A stretch of DNA of 63,813 nt, counting the filler, from Cercozoa sp. M6MM (taxonomy: Eukaryota; Protista; Endomyxa: Ascetosporea): the NCBI GenBank assembly GCA_040357565.1. It is 12 parts of 12 records of this genome, joined end to end, with 100 filler letters (N's around TTAATTAATTAA, not from the genome) between each part and the next. Parts side by side here need not be neighbours in the genome. Positions count along the whole stretch, not along the records: positions 12,326 to 16,620 come from JBDODJ010001178.1; positions 16,721 to 21,873 come from JBDODJ010000963.1; positions 21,974 to 26,207 come from JBDODJ010001194.1; 9 more parts are not named here. The stretch is one strand, 5' to 3'. The notes below the pieces were generated by a model. The model was given only the letters and a program-made list of their open reading frames with translations. It searched no databases and had not been told where the DNA came from. Shown here piece after piece: positions 13,043 through 26,207 of the stretch. Position numbers and translations under genes: made by a program. Position 1 is the stretch's first letter. Each line of letters opens with the position of its first letter.

Positions 13043-14375
13043 GCTTTCAGTTATTTAAGTTACACACTGTTACGCCGCTTCGTCACTTTAACGCTGCGCG
13101 AGTGAGCGTTACCGTATTGCTCACTGTCCCGAACCGAATAACGCTGTCACGTAACGTCGGTCCTACCGCACAAGTGCGAGAGGGGAATTGAACATGCCCC
13201 CATATGCCCGTGGAGAGGCGGACTTCAAGAACAAGGATTGGGTCTTGGCAACCCAGAGTAAACCGCGACAGACTTTTGAACTCAGATTGAATCAATGGAC
13301 ACATCATGCCAAACCACTCGAGGAACAAGGGAAGCACATGCACAAGGGACAGACAAGCCAGTGATGGCATATGCGTACGGCGCGTCCTGCGGCACGACCG
13401 ACGGTACGCTCTCGTCTTGTACAAGTACAAGCAAAGCAAGACTTGCCTGTGAGACTCACCAACAGTCTCCACCACAAACTGTCTCGATACCAGGTCACTG
13501 ACAAGATGTATGTATGTATGTGAGTAAGATAGCATAGATCATTGCTACAGACGGATATCGTATAAGGTAAAGAGATCCACTTTACAAGCTCACTTTGTCG
13601 CTGCTGTGCGTCTTTTACAATTCCATACAAAAATTAGGAGTCCTTGATGGCTGAACTCGGTGATGACTGAGCTTGCACGCCCAGGCCAAATAAAATTACG
13701 AGAAAACTACACCTCGTCCAAGTCAGTGTCACGACATTTTGCGGCCGCCGCGATGTGTGCGATGTAGACAATTGCGAACGCTCCTCTCGGCTGGTTACCG
13801 ATACAACAGCTGGGTACCGTTATTATAGCCCAGTAGCTTGTGAACTCAGCTGCACTAACGGACAAATAGCCTCGGTACCTTTTGCCTCATGGGCGAAAAT
13901 TGATCGCAATCAAGCAACATCACTTTTTCTGCGCTTGTGCGATCTATTTTGGCACTCTTGGGCCTGCTTGTGCGCTTCTTGTGCCTGTGTTTGTATAGAT
14001 CATCGTCCACAGGTACTTGGTGCTTCGCAGAAGATCTGAAGTTTTTTGAGATTTTTTGGGTCAGCACAAACAAACTCGTTTTCCACTGCCAGGCAGTGCC
14101 ACCTCGTGTGTCAGTGGATAGCACCACCTGTGACGTCAGGCGGGCTGGGTATAAGTCTGTCAAAACGCCGCGTTTTTGTGAGTGTTGTTTGTTTGGTGAA
14201 TCCCATATTTCTCGGTTTCTCGTTTTCTCGTTTTCTCCCCTGAGCGCCGCGTTTCCTGGTCCATTTTCGAAATAGTGCTAAAGGAGCTTTCTCTTTTGGC
14301 GCAAGGGGCGAAGTAGGGTGTGCACGAAACTTCATGGGTTGTCTGCAGGTGTGTGATACGCAGGCAGGCACACCC

Positions 14376-16620
14376 ATGCTGCCAGACGCGTCCTTTCGCT
14401 TAGATGACGACTCAGTTTCTCGTACAACGTCCTGAGTTTGTGTGCTTTCGCTCTTTATGTTTGCTTGTGGTCACAGCGAAACAGTCGACACCAGTGAACA
14501 CGTCAGCAGCGGTAAGTTATTAATTTTCGTTTTTTGGTTTCTGGGAAAAGACGTTTCTTGAATCTGTCATGTGTGTGTGTGTTTGTGCTTAGTCTTCGGT
14601 GTCGGAGCCGTTGTCGCCGACGAGTTTCGTTCTGTTGCCACGCGATAGGACGTACCCTGGAGTTTCTTGCATGCGGCCCCTTTCAGTACTCTTGAGTGTG
14701 CACAGGTACGCCATCGACATCCAGGTGACGTGGGATGACGAGAACATTCCCGAGCAGAGTCGACAGCATGTCGTAGCTTGCGCTAGCTTATTGCTCCCCC
14801 TCTTACCCCTTTTCCCCCTCTTACCCCTTTACCTATTTACCATTTACCCTCTTTATCCTAGCCCTTTCTTTGTTTACCCCCCCCCCCCCATCGATACAGC
14901 TGCGCATGCGGCCGTTCGACTCGGTGCACATGCTCAAGACGGAACTGACCGCGCGGACAGGTAGAGAAACCGACTTGTTTGATTGGGTGGTTTTTTTAAG
15001 GCTGCGTTGTGTCGAAGGACTGCCGGTGCCGTCGCAGCGACTTTTCGACGGCTGTGCCGAATTGAACGACCACAATGTCAGTTTCACTCCCTATCCCCAG
15101 ACCCCGACCCTTTTCCCCCCCCCCCTGGTGTAGGGCACGTTGCTGGCGGCTGGAGTTGGTGCTGGCAGTCGACTCACGTTGTATGACCCCCCCTTTCTCT
15201 GATATGTAACATGTGCAAGTACCATGGTGTGTGTGTATGAAACAGGCGATCGCGACCAGAGTTGGACGAGCGGCGCTATGGGTGCGACTGCCTGTTTACC
15301 CCCCCCCCCCCCGCTACTCAATTTTACCCCCTTTATCCTCCCTTTCAACCCCCTACTGTACAGTTTCGTGGTGCCATTTGGCGATATGGAGACACACGCA
15401 CGGCCGGCCGTTCGGACCTTGATGCGGCGTGTCAACATTGGTCTGGTACAGGGGTACAGGGGGGGGGGTACAGGGGGAGGGGTACAAGGGTGCAGGGGGG
15501 ACGGGTACAGGGGGGGGGGGGGGCTGAGAGGGGGAGGGCGAAACATGTGCGTGTGGGCGAGCAGAGGAAGCGCAAGGCGCAGAGCACGTCGCTGTCGGAG
15601 CCAGGGACGGCCGGCACGAGCGGCAGCTACTTTGTGCCGGTGGGTTTCACGGGTGTGGCCGGCGCCATCTTCAAACCCTCCGACGAGGAGGCCGGCATGC
15701 ACAACTGGTAGGCGTCGTACCCCTACCCCTTGCCCCCTTGCCCCCTTGCCCCTACCCTGTTTACCCCCGACCCCGGTGTGTCTGGCAGTCCACACGAACT
15801 GTACAGAGACCGCGCGTTCATGCGTAGTGGCATCGCACCCGGTAGGTTGGGTGTGTACCCTTTGACCCTTCCCCCTCCCTCCTTACTCCCTGGATCTCCT
15901 GGCCAGGTCAGTGCTTTGTGCGCGAGGTGGCGGCCTACCTGCTGGACGACGAGGGTCGGCACGATGTGCCGCCGACGACGGCCGTGGAAATCGTCGACTT
16001 TGGCGAGTCCTTCCACGTGCAGTGTCTGGACCCCTACGTGCGTTTNNNNNNNNNNNNNNNNNNNNNNNNNNNNNNNNNNNNNNNNNNNNNNNNNNNNNNN
16101 NNNNNNNNNNNNNNNNNNNNNNNNNNNNNNNNNNNNNNNNNNNNNCCCCCCCCCCCCCCCCCGTGGACAGGACCTGCCGCGCGTGCAGGCGGAGCGACGT
16201 CGTGCGCGCAAATTCGGCTCGCTGCAGAAGATGGTATAGAAGATGGTATAGCTGTGTCCGCGCGGATGGGTGGACACGTGTGTGACTGTGTGACCGTGAC
16301 AGGTGACCCCGTCGTCGCCGAGTGACAACTATTCCTACTCGCTGTTCAACACGCGCGACGTGCAGAAGATCGCCTTGCTGGGTAGTTTTACCCCCTCGCC
16401 CTGGTGTGCAGACATGCGCATTCTGAACAAGGATCGCAACGAGGCGAATGTGCTGGTGGTGAATGCGCCAGGTACCTCGTGCTTAACTGGGGGAGAGAGA
16501 GAGGGAGCAAAGAGGGGAGACATCTGTGTGTGTGTGTGTGTGTGTGCGTAGGCAACAAGCTGTCGCTGGTGCCGATCGATCACGGACTGTCGCTGCCGGA
16601 GCGACTGGACGTCGACTTTG
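14376..16620 (+). CDS. Type II phosphatidylinositol 4-kinase with an N-terminal ubiquitin-like domain (PI4K-gamma-like), 3'-truncated
   Basis: Ubl: MRPFDSVHMLKTELTARTGLPVPSQRLF. Kinase: GTSGSYF, AIFKPSDEE, VREVAAYLLD, VPPT, KFGSLQKM, DMRILNKDRNEANVL, LVPIDHGLSLP. Confidence 0.9.
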
Positions 16621-16720
16621 NNNNNNNNNNNNNNNNNNNNNNNNNNNNNNNNNNNNNNNNNNNNTTAATTAATTAANNNNNNNNNNNNNNNNNNNNNNNN
16701 NNNNNNNNNNNNNNNNNNNN

Positions 16721-17483
16721 ATCGGTCAACGAGGGTCTGCACTCGCTGATGCACGGTGCACAGGCACTTGACGCGGTCTCATTTTCCGCGGTAACGTTTT
16801 GCTCTTGTCTGTGGGTTGTGTCGGTGGGCCTGTGCATGCGAGTATCCTATGTACATATATGTGAGTGTCTGTACGTATGTATGTGAGTGTACAGGCACTT
16901 GGTGTGGTCGGCCTCGCGGGCGTTCTGGAGAGCGGCAGTTTCTTCAACGCACTGCGACAGGTGCGCATTCAGGCCAAGGTACAGCGCACCCTTTTTGTAA
17001 GTCCCTTGGCCATTAGGGTGTATTGCATCCTTGCTTTGTAGGACCATGGACAGTCGCTGTACGATTACATTGTGCGAGGACCTGATCCGATGGGTGTCGC
17101 TGTCATGGTACCTATCCAATGAACAGATGTGCTAGCAGGTGTATGTATCTGTGTGGGCATGTACGTACACTCGCAGGTGGAAGACGGTGCCGGTGTGCTC
17201 GGCAGTGTAGTTGCTGGTGTTGGTACTTGGCCTTAACTGCTGGACGTGCTTGTAATGTGTCAGCTATGCCTCCTGTCTACCCTTGCCTTCTTCCGCTCAG
17301 GCATCACACTGTCGCACCTCGGCATTGTGCCACAAGGCGACGCGATCGCTTCGCTCTGCATCGGTGGCATGCTCGCTTCCTCGGTATCTCACTCTGTCTT
17401 TTTTCTCACTTGCCACAGCACTCGTGTGTGTGTGTGTGTGTGTCTGTCTGTCTGTCTGTCTGTCTGTGTCTGTGTGTGTGTGT

Positions 17484-17532
<49 letters not shown>

Positions 17533-17542
17533 NNNNNNNNNN

Positions 17543-17596
<54 letters not shown>

Positions 17597-18205
17597 TGTC
17601 CCCAGTCGACGTTCCTGTGGATGCGGAACCGCAAAGCCCTGCTGGGTCGGCCGCTGCCATCGCCGGTGGTTACGAACATTCTTCGCAAGCTGGAGGCGCG
17701 TCCGTCGGTCGTGTCGTGCCACTGCGCACGCTCGATTTTCGTCGGCGCTGATCAGGTTTTCAAACCTTCTGACGGTGACTCTTTCCTGTCACGAGTCAGT
17801 TCCTGCAGGCACGCGTGGAGGTCAATGTGAACATGAACCCGGAGTACCTCGCGCGCGATGTGCTTCGACTGCGCCAAGATGAGTTGTGGGAGACACGCAA
17901 GCGCATGATGCACACCTACCTGTCAGAAAGGTAACTACCCTTTCTTTGTGTGGGTGTGCTGATGTTTGTGTCGCGACAAACGCATGTGTTCAGGTTGACT
18001 CCGGACGGTCTGGACGACTGGCAGGTTAACCGTGTCGCGCGCTACCACGTGCAGCTGCTGCGTGAGCGTGCGTTTTCCATATTCCTTTGTTTCAATGTAC
18101 TTGTCCTTACCCTTCCTTTCTCCCTGTGCAGGGGACGAGCTGTCACGCATCATCCAAAAGGAGCTGCAGCCGCTGCAAGTCGATGCCATCATCAACTTCT
18201 TCTAG
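16721..18205 (+). CDS. 3' part of a hypothetical multi-exon protein
   Basis: Exons FLWMRNRKALLGRPLPSP, YLARDVLRLRQDELWETRKRMMHTYL and ELSRIIQKELQPLQVDAIINFF-stop; no domain recognised. Confidence 0.55.
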
Positions 18206-18537
18206 TTGCGCCGCAAGCAAAACGTCGGCAGCGCAGGATTTATCGTAATTACTTTAGTTAACTGCTGAAATATGCTCAGCTCAGGTAGCATTTACTTGCT
18301 AACTGAAGTTGGTAGAATCCCTGACGGCGAGTCCCGGCCGACGGTCTCAGGCTGGTTTGAAATCAGATGTGCTAGCAGCCTGAGACCACCGACACTGGAG
18401 ATCAGCATGCAGTTGTCGTCGAAAGAAACCAGTGACAAATCGACCCAGTCGTCCGAAGCGAATCCAATACATCCAATCCCTGCGTTGCGGGGTATGTTTT
18501 TTGAAGGTCTGTGATCAACCAAACTAAGGCATGCGTT

Positions 18538-18973
18538 TGTTACAGCATGATCTACTGTATTCGCGCGGAAGCCACTTTAAGACTTACAAAATACCTCAAG
18601 AGAGGTGTGGAAGTTTTTGACGTGTGTTCGCTGGTATCCTGACCTACTGAGAGACACCTGTGTTTGAGTAAAAGCCTTGGGCAAGCTTTTGCAGCTGAAC
18701 TCAAAGGGCTCTCTCGACCAGTTGTCTCTACCCGTCCTTCTTTCTTCTTCCTTACTTCACGCCAACTCAGTTCTGACGACGCCTTTCCGTCTCAAGACAA
18801 CATCTGACGCGTGTCTTTCCCGTCCACCAGTGCTTTCCCGCCCAGCTGAACCGTCGGGGTGTCTCACTCTTTCAAACTGACACTTGGCCACTCTCCCTCC
18901 AAGAACAGACTTGCTTACTTCCTAAGTTCAATTTACCAAGGTTTGGTCCCTATCTGAGAGGGCTGCGGTAACA
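18538..18973 (+). mobile_element. Solo LTR (436 bp) of a Gypsy-type family
   Basis: Starts TGTTACAGCA and ends TGCGGTAACA (10-bp inverted termini, 1 mismatch); 4-bp TSD CGTT at 18534-18537 and 18974-18977; 3' end GGCTGCGGTAACA is identical to the LTR end at 22225-22237. Confidence 0.88.
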
Positions 18974-19100
18974 CGTTAGCTGGCAGTGCACAGGGAGGTG
19001 TTTATTTTTTCTGAAGTTGCAAAAGACCACACGTGTGGGGGCACGCACTACTGCGACTAGTTGGACGTCCTTGCGGCTCGTCGGAAAGCTAGCGAGGCAG

Positions 19101-19914
19101 TTACGCCTTACCAGCCTTGGCACCGGTGCGACGGGCGGCGATGAGACCGACCTTGCGACCCGGCACGGCCATGCGGTTGATGGTCGACGGCTTACCGATG
19201 TGCTGGTGGTTACCACCACCGTGGGGATGCTCGACCGGGTTCATGGCGACACCACGCACCTTCGGCCAGCAGTTGCGCTTGACACGGTACTTGTGGTAAG
19301 CGGCACCTGCACAACACAAGTGGGAATACAAAAAAAACACTACTGGCATAAAAACATGAGACTGGCGTACCAGCCTTGAGCATCGGCTTCTCGATACGGC
19401 CACCGCCGGCAACGATGCCGACCATGGCGCGGCACTGCGACGAGACCGACTTCTTGGCACCCGACGGCATGCGGATGAGCGTCGTGCCGTTCTCCTTGTG
19501 CGTCATGACGGTGGCGTAGTCGCCCGAGGCACGAGCGATCTTGCCGCGGTCACCAGCCTGCTCCTCGACGTTGCAGATGTAGGTACCCTCCGGCATGGCC
19601 TTGAGCGGCAGCACGTTGCCCGGGACGAGCTGAGCCTTGGCACCGCAGTAGATGTACTGGCCCGTGTACATGCCCTCGCACGCGACGATGAGCTGCACGT
19701 CCTTCTTGTGCTTGTACTCGTGGCGGAACACAACCTTGGCGAGCGGGGCACCGCGACCCGGGTCGTGCATGATCTCGGCGACAACGCCCTTCACGAAGCC
19801 GGCGCGCTCCGACACCGACAGCGGACGCAGCTTGGCGGCGCCCTTGCGCGTGCGCACGTGAGCCTTGAAAACCGTGCCACGGCCCTTACGCTGGCCACGA
19901 ATCACCTTACCCAT
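19101..19914 (-). CDS. RPL8: 60S ribosomal protein L8 (uL2); CDS intron 19307-19370, plus a 5'UTR intron ending just before the ATG
   Basis: [13 protein letters not shown]...[12 protein letters not shown]...[13 protein letters not shown]|[37 protein letters not shown]. Confidence 0.97.
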
Positions 19915-20306
19915 CTGCGCACAGACAACACACAGCATAGACAACCCAAGTAGAGATAAGTTACACAAAATAACACAAAACCGCGCACAAACCGCAACCA
20001 AACCTTACAGCAGAACAGGCACACGCACGGCACAACGCTTCCAGCACTCAGTGTGCGGCCAGTGAACGCACCGGCCAACCAACGCGCGAAAAACGCGCAG
20101 CAAGCCGGAAGCGCCAAAGGATCGTCATGCCGTGCACCGCCACCGTTCCAGGCACGCATACGGGGCTTACCGTGAGTTTTGCAACAAAAAATGAGGCACT
20201 TTGAATTTCCAAGGTTTTTGTTGTTTTCGGCGCTCCGCTCAGACACTTTTAGCGCTCTATTGGTGCGCGCCAGTGTGTGTGTGCACATTTGCCAGTGGAG
20301 ACTAGC

Positions 20307-21779
20307 ATGGGCAACACGTTTTCAGGTCATCATGAGATTGGTATGGTTGTCAGAATGAGTCTGGGTTGGGCCACAGATGCAGGTTGCAGCGCACTGTGTT
20401 TGTAGAATTTAGGAATTGTGACCGATACATCGGCGAGTGGAAGAACGGCAAACAGCATGTATCGAGTCCATAAGTTGCACCTAATGCCTGGAATGCGACG
20501 AAACGAATGTAACTTGCATTACAGGGGAAAGGCACGTACATTTCCTCTGGTGGCAGCCGGTACGATGGACAATGGGAGGAAGGACAGCGACACGGTAATG
20601 CTTTGGTTAGATGGTGTGTTGTGCTAATGAGCCACGTGACTGTGTAGGTTTCGGCACACTCGTGCTAGCATCTACTGAAAGGAAGACAGTGAGTTGTTTT
20701 AATGCAATGTGTCGATTGTCATCAGTTGATGCGACGCGTGCACACCTGCGCAGAAGAGTGAGTTGCACGTGATCTCACGAAACATGTTTCCGCACGACGA
20801 GCGGCATGAGTTGTTCGAGTCTCAGCAGCGCGAGAAGGAACTTACGCGGCAGCAGCAGAGTCCTGATCAGGGTAAGTTATGCTCGACCGCGTGAGTGCGT
20901 TTATGCGTGTCTGTGTGCAGATGAGAACGCTGATGAGAACGCAGATTTGTCGATCGACGGAACTGGAGAAGAGAAGAACGAGTGGCACCTTGTTGATGCC
21001 GACGACAATGACGGTAGCCGCAGCAGCAATGACACGGCCAGTGACGAGGCCAGCGACGAGGCCAACGACGCCAGCAACACTGACACCACACCCCAGCAGA
21101 GCGACGATGATGACTCGCTGCAATGTCAGGTACACACACACACATATACACACACATACACGCACACTTATCACATGTACACACAGGTGTCTTGGAGAGG
21201 CTCCTACGAAGGTTTTTGGAAAAACAACAAGAAACACGGACGCGGCATCTACAATTATCAGTACTGCTATTCATTTGTGAGATGTGCAATTCTGCTGGTC
21301 TACGATTCGGTGTCTCTGCGCAGCAACGGCGACGAGTACGAGGGTGAGTGGTGCGACGATCTGCGTCACGGTGTCGGCGAGTACCGTTTCGTCGACGGCA
21401 CGGTTTTCTCGGGCCAGTTTTATCGTGGCATGATGCATGGTAGCTCTGACTACTACAACTTCTCGATCGTACAATTGATACGCTCTTTGTGTCCGTAGGA
21501 GCCGGCACACTCATTCACACGTATATTGTCCTGTAGGGTCACCTTAATTAAGGGTATGAGCTATATTGTTTGCAGCAATGGCGATCGAGTTTCCGGGCGT
21601 TGGGCTCACGGGCGGCGTGCTGTACATCGACCATATGTCTGCTATTTTGGTGCCCATCAAGGAACTGTTGTCGTTGTTTGGCTTCACAGGGCCGGTGTAT
21701 TGTGGTGCTTGGTGACTCAGGACGCACGTTTGAAGAACACTACGACGACGGCGAACTTTTATTGCGCACTGAAGTATGA
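20307..21779 (+). CDS. MORN-repeat protein with an acidic central insert
   Basis: Spliced repeats RYIGEWKNGKQHGKGTY, RYDGQWEEGQRHGFG, SYEGFWKNNKKHGRGIY, EYEGEWCDDLRHGVGEY, VFSGQFYRGMMHG. Confidence 0.85.
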
Positions 21780-21813
21780 GGAACCATTTGCTGATTGTGC
21801 AATCTGAGTTCAA

Positions 21814-21870
<57 letters not shown>

Positions 21871-22240
21871 CTANNNNNNNNNNNNNNNNNNNNNNNNNNN
21901 NNNNNNNNNNNNNNNNNTTAATTAATTAANNNNNNNNNNNNNNNNNNNNNNNNNNNNNNNNNNNNNNNNNNNNCCAGCACAGAGAGCCTTTCTTTTTCTC
22001 CTTTACGTCCCTCCTTCTCCTTCCTTCCTTCTTCTGACTACCGGGCCTCTCTTCCTTCCCGACCAGTCTACTTCCTGTACTTTGCCGACCCTATCTTGGG
22101 GTAACTACCTCTGAACTGACTACGTCTACTGACTCAATTCTTCTTCACATCGATTCCATTTGTTTCTTTAGTCTTTTTCCTGGCATAGTACTCTTTTGCA
22201 CTACCAAAGCCCCAATTTCTGAAAGGCTGCGGTAACAAAT

Positions 22241-22256
22241 TGGTACGAGATCCGAG
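22241..22256 (+). promoter_or_regulatory. Primer-binding site (probably initiator tRNA-Met)
   Basis: TGG-T-A... 3 nt after the LTR end; complementary to CCA, A73 and U72, consistent with the A1:U72 pair of eukaryotic tRNAiMet (tRNA identity is inference). Confidence 0.65.
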
Positions 22257-22328
22257 GAGGATCGACCAGCCAGCTCTCGCAACCGAAGCATCTCGTGGTC
22301 AGCTAGAAGAAAACGAGCATCTTCTGCT

Positions 22329-25300
22329 ATGTCACGACCAAACTCATCTGTCAGCTCTCGAGCAATGAAGGACGAGCATGCGGATTTTGATGAGGAAACC
22401 TTCGAAACCTCCAATCCTTCAAAAGACACCTTGTCGTCGCGTTTGGACGCGCATGACAAGTACTTCCAAGAAATCAACGACGTTCTCGTTGCCATACGAA
22501 CTCGGCTGGACGCACGTGATGAGCGCCTAGACGAAGTTCTGGAACACATAAAGTCGCGAGATAAGTCACTTCAAGAACAAAACGCACAACTTGTTGAGCT
22601 CGCTCACTCCCAGTCGCAGTTTCAAGCGAAGTGCTCTCAATTTCATGACGAAGTGGATCAGCGGTTTTCTCGTTTAGAGAATGACAATGCTTCTCCGCCG
22701 CAGGAGATTCCCATGGACGTGTCAAGTACTACTGCCACGTCAGACTTGAAACCACTTTCACCCGAGATACTCTCCGACTTCTCTGTCGCTAACCTCAAAG
22801 GAAAGTATCTGCGCGAGCACGTCCAACTTGAAAAGGAAATTGAGTCACGAGAAAGGCTCGGTTGTAAGATTCACACGGAGTGTTTCAAAGCCCTAGAGGC
22901 ATTGAATCGCACTCTGAATCTATTCACCATTTCAGGTTCCTCGTTTCCCTTGGTGGAACTGGAAAAGTTGAAGAATGACTTCCTCAATAAGCTTGCGTTG
23001 AACACTCTGGCGTGTCGTCTCCCAATGTCAGTGATTTTGGAAGCTTTCATCTCCAAACTGAAAGGAAAGAGAATTGAAACTCTTGTGAGACTCTTTCTTT
23101 TCGAGAAGAGCCCGCGTCAAAGAACAGTGACGAATCTCACAAGCTACCTGCAGAAAGCCATTGAGGAGCAAGTGGGTCACTCTTTGCTCGCTGAAGTGAG
23201 AGACTCTCTGGATCAACTCCGATTCGATCCGAGAAGAGATGATTTCAATGACTTCATCTTCGTGTTCATCGACCGAGTTCAACTTTATGCGGCAGTGTCT
23301 GGTTCGCTTTCGGATACTGAAGCCATCGCAATGCTCCGATCGAAGCTTCCCAAGGCGCTGACGGACACCTACGATGAGTACCGTCTCTTTGAAGAAAGAC
23401 AACGTGAGCACCTGCCGAAAACCATTGGGTGGGCCATCAACTACGTGTTGAAACGGGCCTATTTCGCTTGGAAGCGCACTGTCTCGAGTTCTACGAATAA
23501 AACGACGAAGACAGTCACTGGCAAGCTTTCGCACTTGGCTTCGAACTTGAAAGCAGAGAAAAGAATGATGACGAAACCGAAGCTGTCTTCCATCGCCACC
23601 GAGACACCGCTGGCGACGCCCAAGAAGCTGAGTAACACCGTTCAGCGACATTGCAGTGCATGCAACATGGATGGCCATACCGAAGAGACATGCTTTACAC
23701 GGTTTCCTCACAAGGCTCCTCCGCGTTTGCGACGTTACTACCTTGAAAAGAACAAGCAACTCAAAAAGATGCTCGGTATCGGCGATGAACCGGAAAAGGA
23801 AGGCTCTGCGACATCACTTCACTTTATTAACGGTGAGGAACACGAAGCCGACAAGATTGTCACTTCCTTTGCTTTCCGAGCATCGCTAGGTGACGCGGAA
23901 TCACCACTTGAAGTATTGTTCGACACGGGTGCTAGGATCACGCGCCACGATTTCCTGCTCGAACAGGGAGCCTATCAAGTGCTGCGAAATTCTGGAAAGA
24001 TTGGTCGCTTCGATCCGTTGCCCCCGCAAGCACAAACAAGTGTCATTGTGAGTGGAAAACACGAAGGTGCGAAGAATGCGATTCCAATTCTGGGCGAACT
24101 CTCGACATCTGTCACCCTTACCGACAAGGAAGAAAGAAAGCATACTCTCTCCTGTCGAGTGGCAGTGATCGAAGACTTGAACGCAACACAAGAAGCCGTT
24201 GCAACCCAGAGGTTTATGCTCCGGCATCACATCTCAATGCACCTATGTCGTCGAAGTGGTTGCCTTGAGTTCAAGAAACATGGCTTCGTAGTGCCGTTCT
24301 TGCCTGCTGAGAACGCCTACAATTCGAAGCGGCAATCCTGTCATGCACTCGGTCTTCTTCCTGTCGTGTCTGCTACTTGCGCTGCCTCGACAGTTGTCAA
24401 AATACCTCCGCGCAATTTGGCGAAGTTGCCTATTTCTTTTGACATTGAAGCCTTTCCTGAGTCAGCTACGACAGTTGCTTTTGAACCCTCTGCATCGCTC
24501 TTTCCGCAAGTGTCTGAGGTGCCAAGTCTGATGCTCCTCGACCTGCAAAAGCACAAGAAAGACGCAGTCTTCGCTCTACCACTACTGAACAGTTCTCAGG
24601 ATGTTCTTGAACTGTCTCCAGGAGACTCAATCGGGAAAGTCGAGTGCTTCTTCTCTGAAGACCACGAACTGGTGTATTCCAATAACGATCTGTCCCCTCG
24701 CGCCTCGACGACGGACCTCGACTGGCGCTTTGGAGTNNNNNNNNNNCTTACCGACAATCGAAACCTCATGTGTCGAGCCGTGAAGAAAACCTCCAAGTTG
24801 GCAAGATGGGACTGTGAGCTCGCAGACTTTCGCTTCACCCTCTTGCACGTTCCTGGGAAGTATAACGTCATCCCAGATGCACTTTCGCGACTACCTTCAA
24901 TTTCACTGCCCTTTACAGAGGCAGAAATTCTGCCTTGGATCGGACCGGAAGATGATTCCTTTTCTTTCTCGGTGCCCTCAACCACTTTGTGTGACAGGCC
25001 TACCCACGAAGTGATTGGTCGCTTGTGTGACACTCTCCACCAAGGAAGAGTGAGCAAAGATCCTCAACTGTTCGAGCTTCCCTCTGTCGAAGAAATCGCT
25101 GAAACCCAGAAGGAAGACCCGCGCTTGAAACTTGTCATTGCACATCTCTCGGACCCTGAAGCCCATGACTTTGATACGCTTCCAGAGAACCTTCGACCCT
25201 TTGTCTCAAGGTTTCTTATTCAAGGAGAAGAACAGACTTTGTTCCTTCGTAATGACAAGGACGTCATTGTTCGCGTGGTGCCTCAGGAACTACAGTACTC

Positions 25301-26207
25301 TGTGCTGCACTATCTACATGACTCTCCGTTTGGCGCTCACGTGGGAAACCCCAAGTTAATCTCTGCTCTCGAACAACGTTTTTGGTGGCCTTCAATGCGC
25401 CGAGATGCACGAGAATTCGTCAAAACGTGCGTCACTTGTCAACTGCAGAAGTCCAGCACTCACCGTTCTTCAGTTCCTCTCAAGTCGTTCATAGCGATAC
25501 GTCCATTCCAAATCATTGGGATTGACCTGGTGGGACCGCTTCCTACGGACGAAGAAGGACACCGTTGGATCTTCGTCTGTATCGACAAGTTCAGTCGCTT
25601 CACCGAAGCTCTCCCCATGAAAACAACAACTGCGGAAGATATCGCCAAAATTATTGTGCCTATCTTTCTTCGCTATGGCATTCCATCTTCGGTTCTTTCT
25701 GACCGAGACCCGCGCTTTCTCTCGTCTATCTTTGAAGAAATCTCGAAAATCCTGCATGTCAAGACGCTTCGAACAACCGCGTATCACCCGCAATGCAACG
25801 GCGTGACCGAGCGCTTCAACAGGTTCTTGAGCACGTCTCTTGCAATGTTAACACGACAATTCAACGAAGAAGATACCCACGCTTGGCCAACCCTGCTTCC
25901 ATTGATTACCTTTGCCTACAACACAACCGAGAACTTTGCGACGAAATTCACTCCTTTTGAATTGGTGTTTGGGCGAAAACCTCGATTACCAGCCGAAACT
26001 GAAGCTTTCACACCTGGCCTCAACTTGCCAGACTCCTCCAAAGATTTCATCAAGCACCTTCGCAAAGATCTACGTCGCTTGCAGGAACTCGCGAACAAAA
26101 ATCAACGCGAATACGCAAAACGATACTCTCCTGACAACATCGGCAACGGAAAGCACATTTTCTTGTCCGGCGACATGGTATTGCGCTCGATTTCGAAAGT
26201 CCCACCA
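22329..26207 (+). CDS. Gag-Pol polyprotein (RT and most of RNase H missing at the scaffold gap 24737-24746)
   Basis: CCHC knuckle CSACNMDGHTEETC; protease LFDTGA; RH end LARWDCELADF...PGKYNVIPDALSR; IN zinc motif H..H..FWWPSM..CVTCQ; rve motifs GIDLVGPLP, SDRDPRF, TTAYHPQCNGVTERFN. Confidence 0.93.

Larger units (their letters stand above)
21974..26207 (+). mobile_element. Ty3/Gypsy LTR retrotransposon (partial 5' LTR 21974-22237, PBS, gag-pol); both ends cut by contig limits
   Basis: LTR ends ...GGTAACA followed by AAT-TGGTACGAGA; domain order PR-(RT)-RH-IN; intronless long ORF. Confidence 0.93.

Noticed and set aside
13068-13740. Possible solo LTRs (TGT...ACA pairs) here and at ~39176-39730
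   Set aside because: No matching TSD or inverted termini found.
18283-18310. U4 snRNA-like TTGCTAACTGAA motif
   Set aside because: No U6-pairing 5' end, kink-turn or Sm site in the right places.
24737-24746. Gypsy element naturally lacking reverse transcriptase (1308-aa ORF)
   Set aside because: The missing region coincides with a 10-N scaffold gap, so read-through in frame is not evidence of a deletion.
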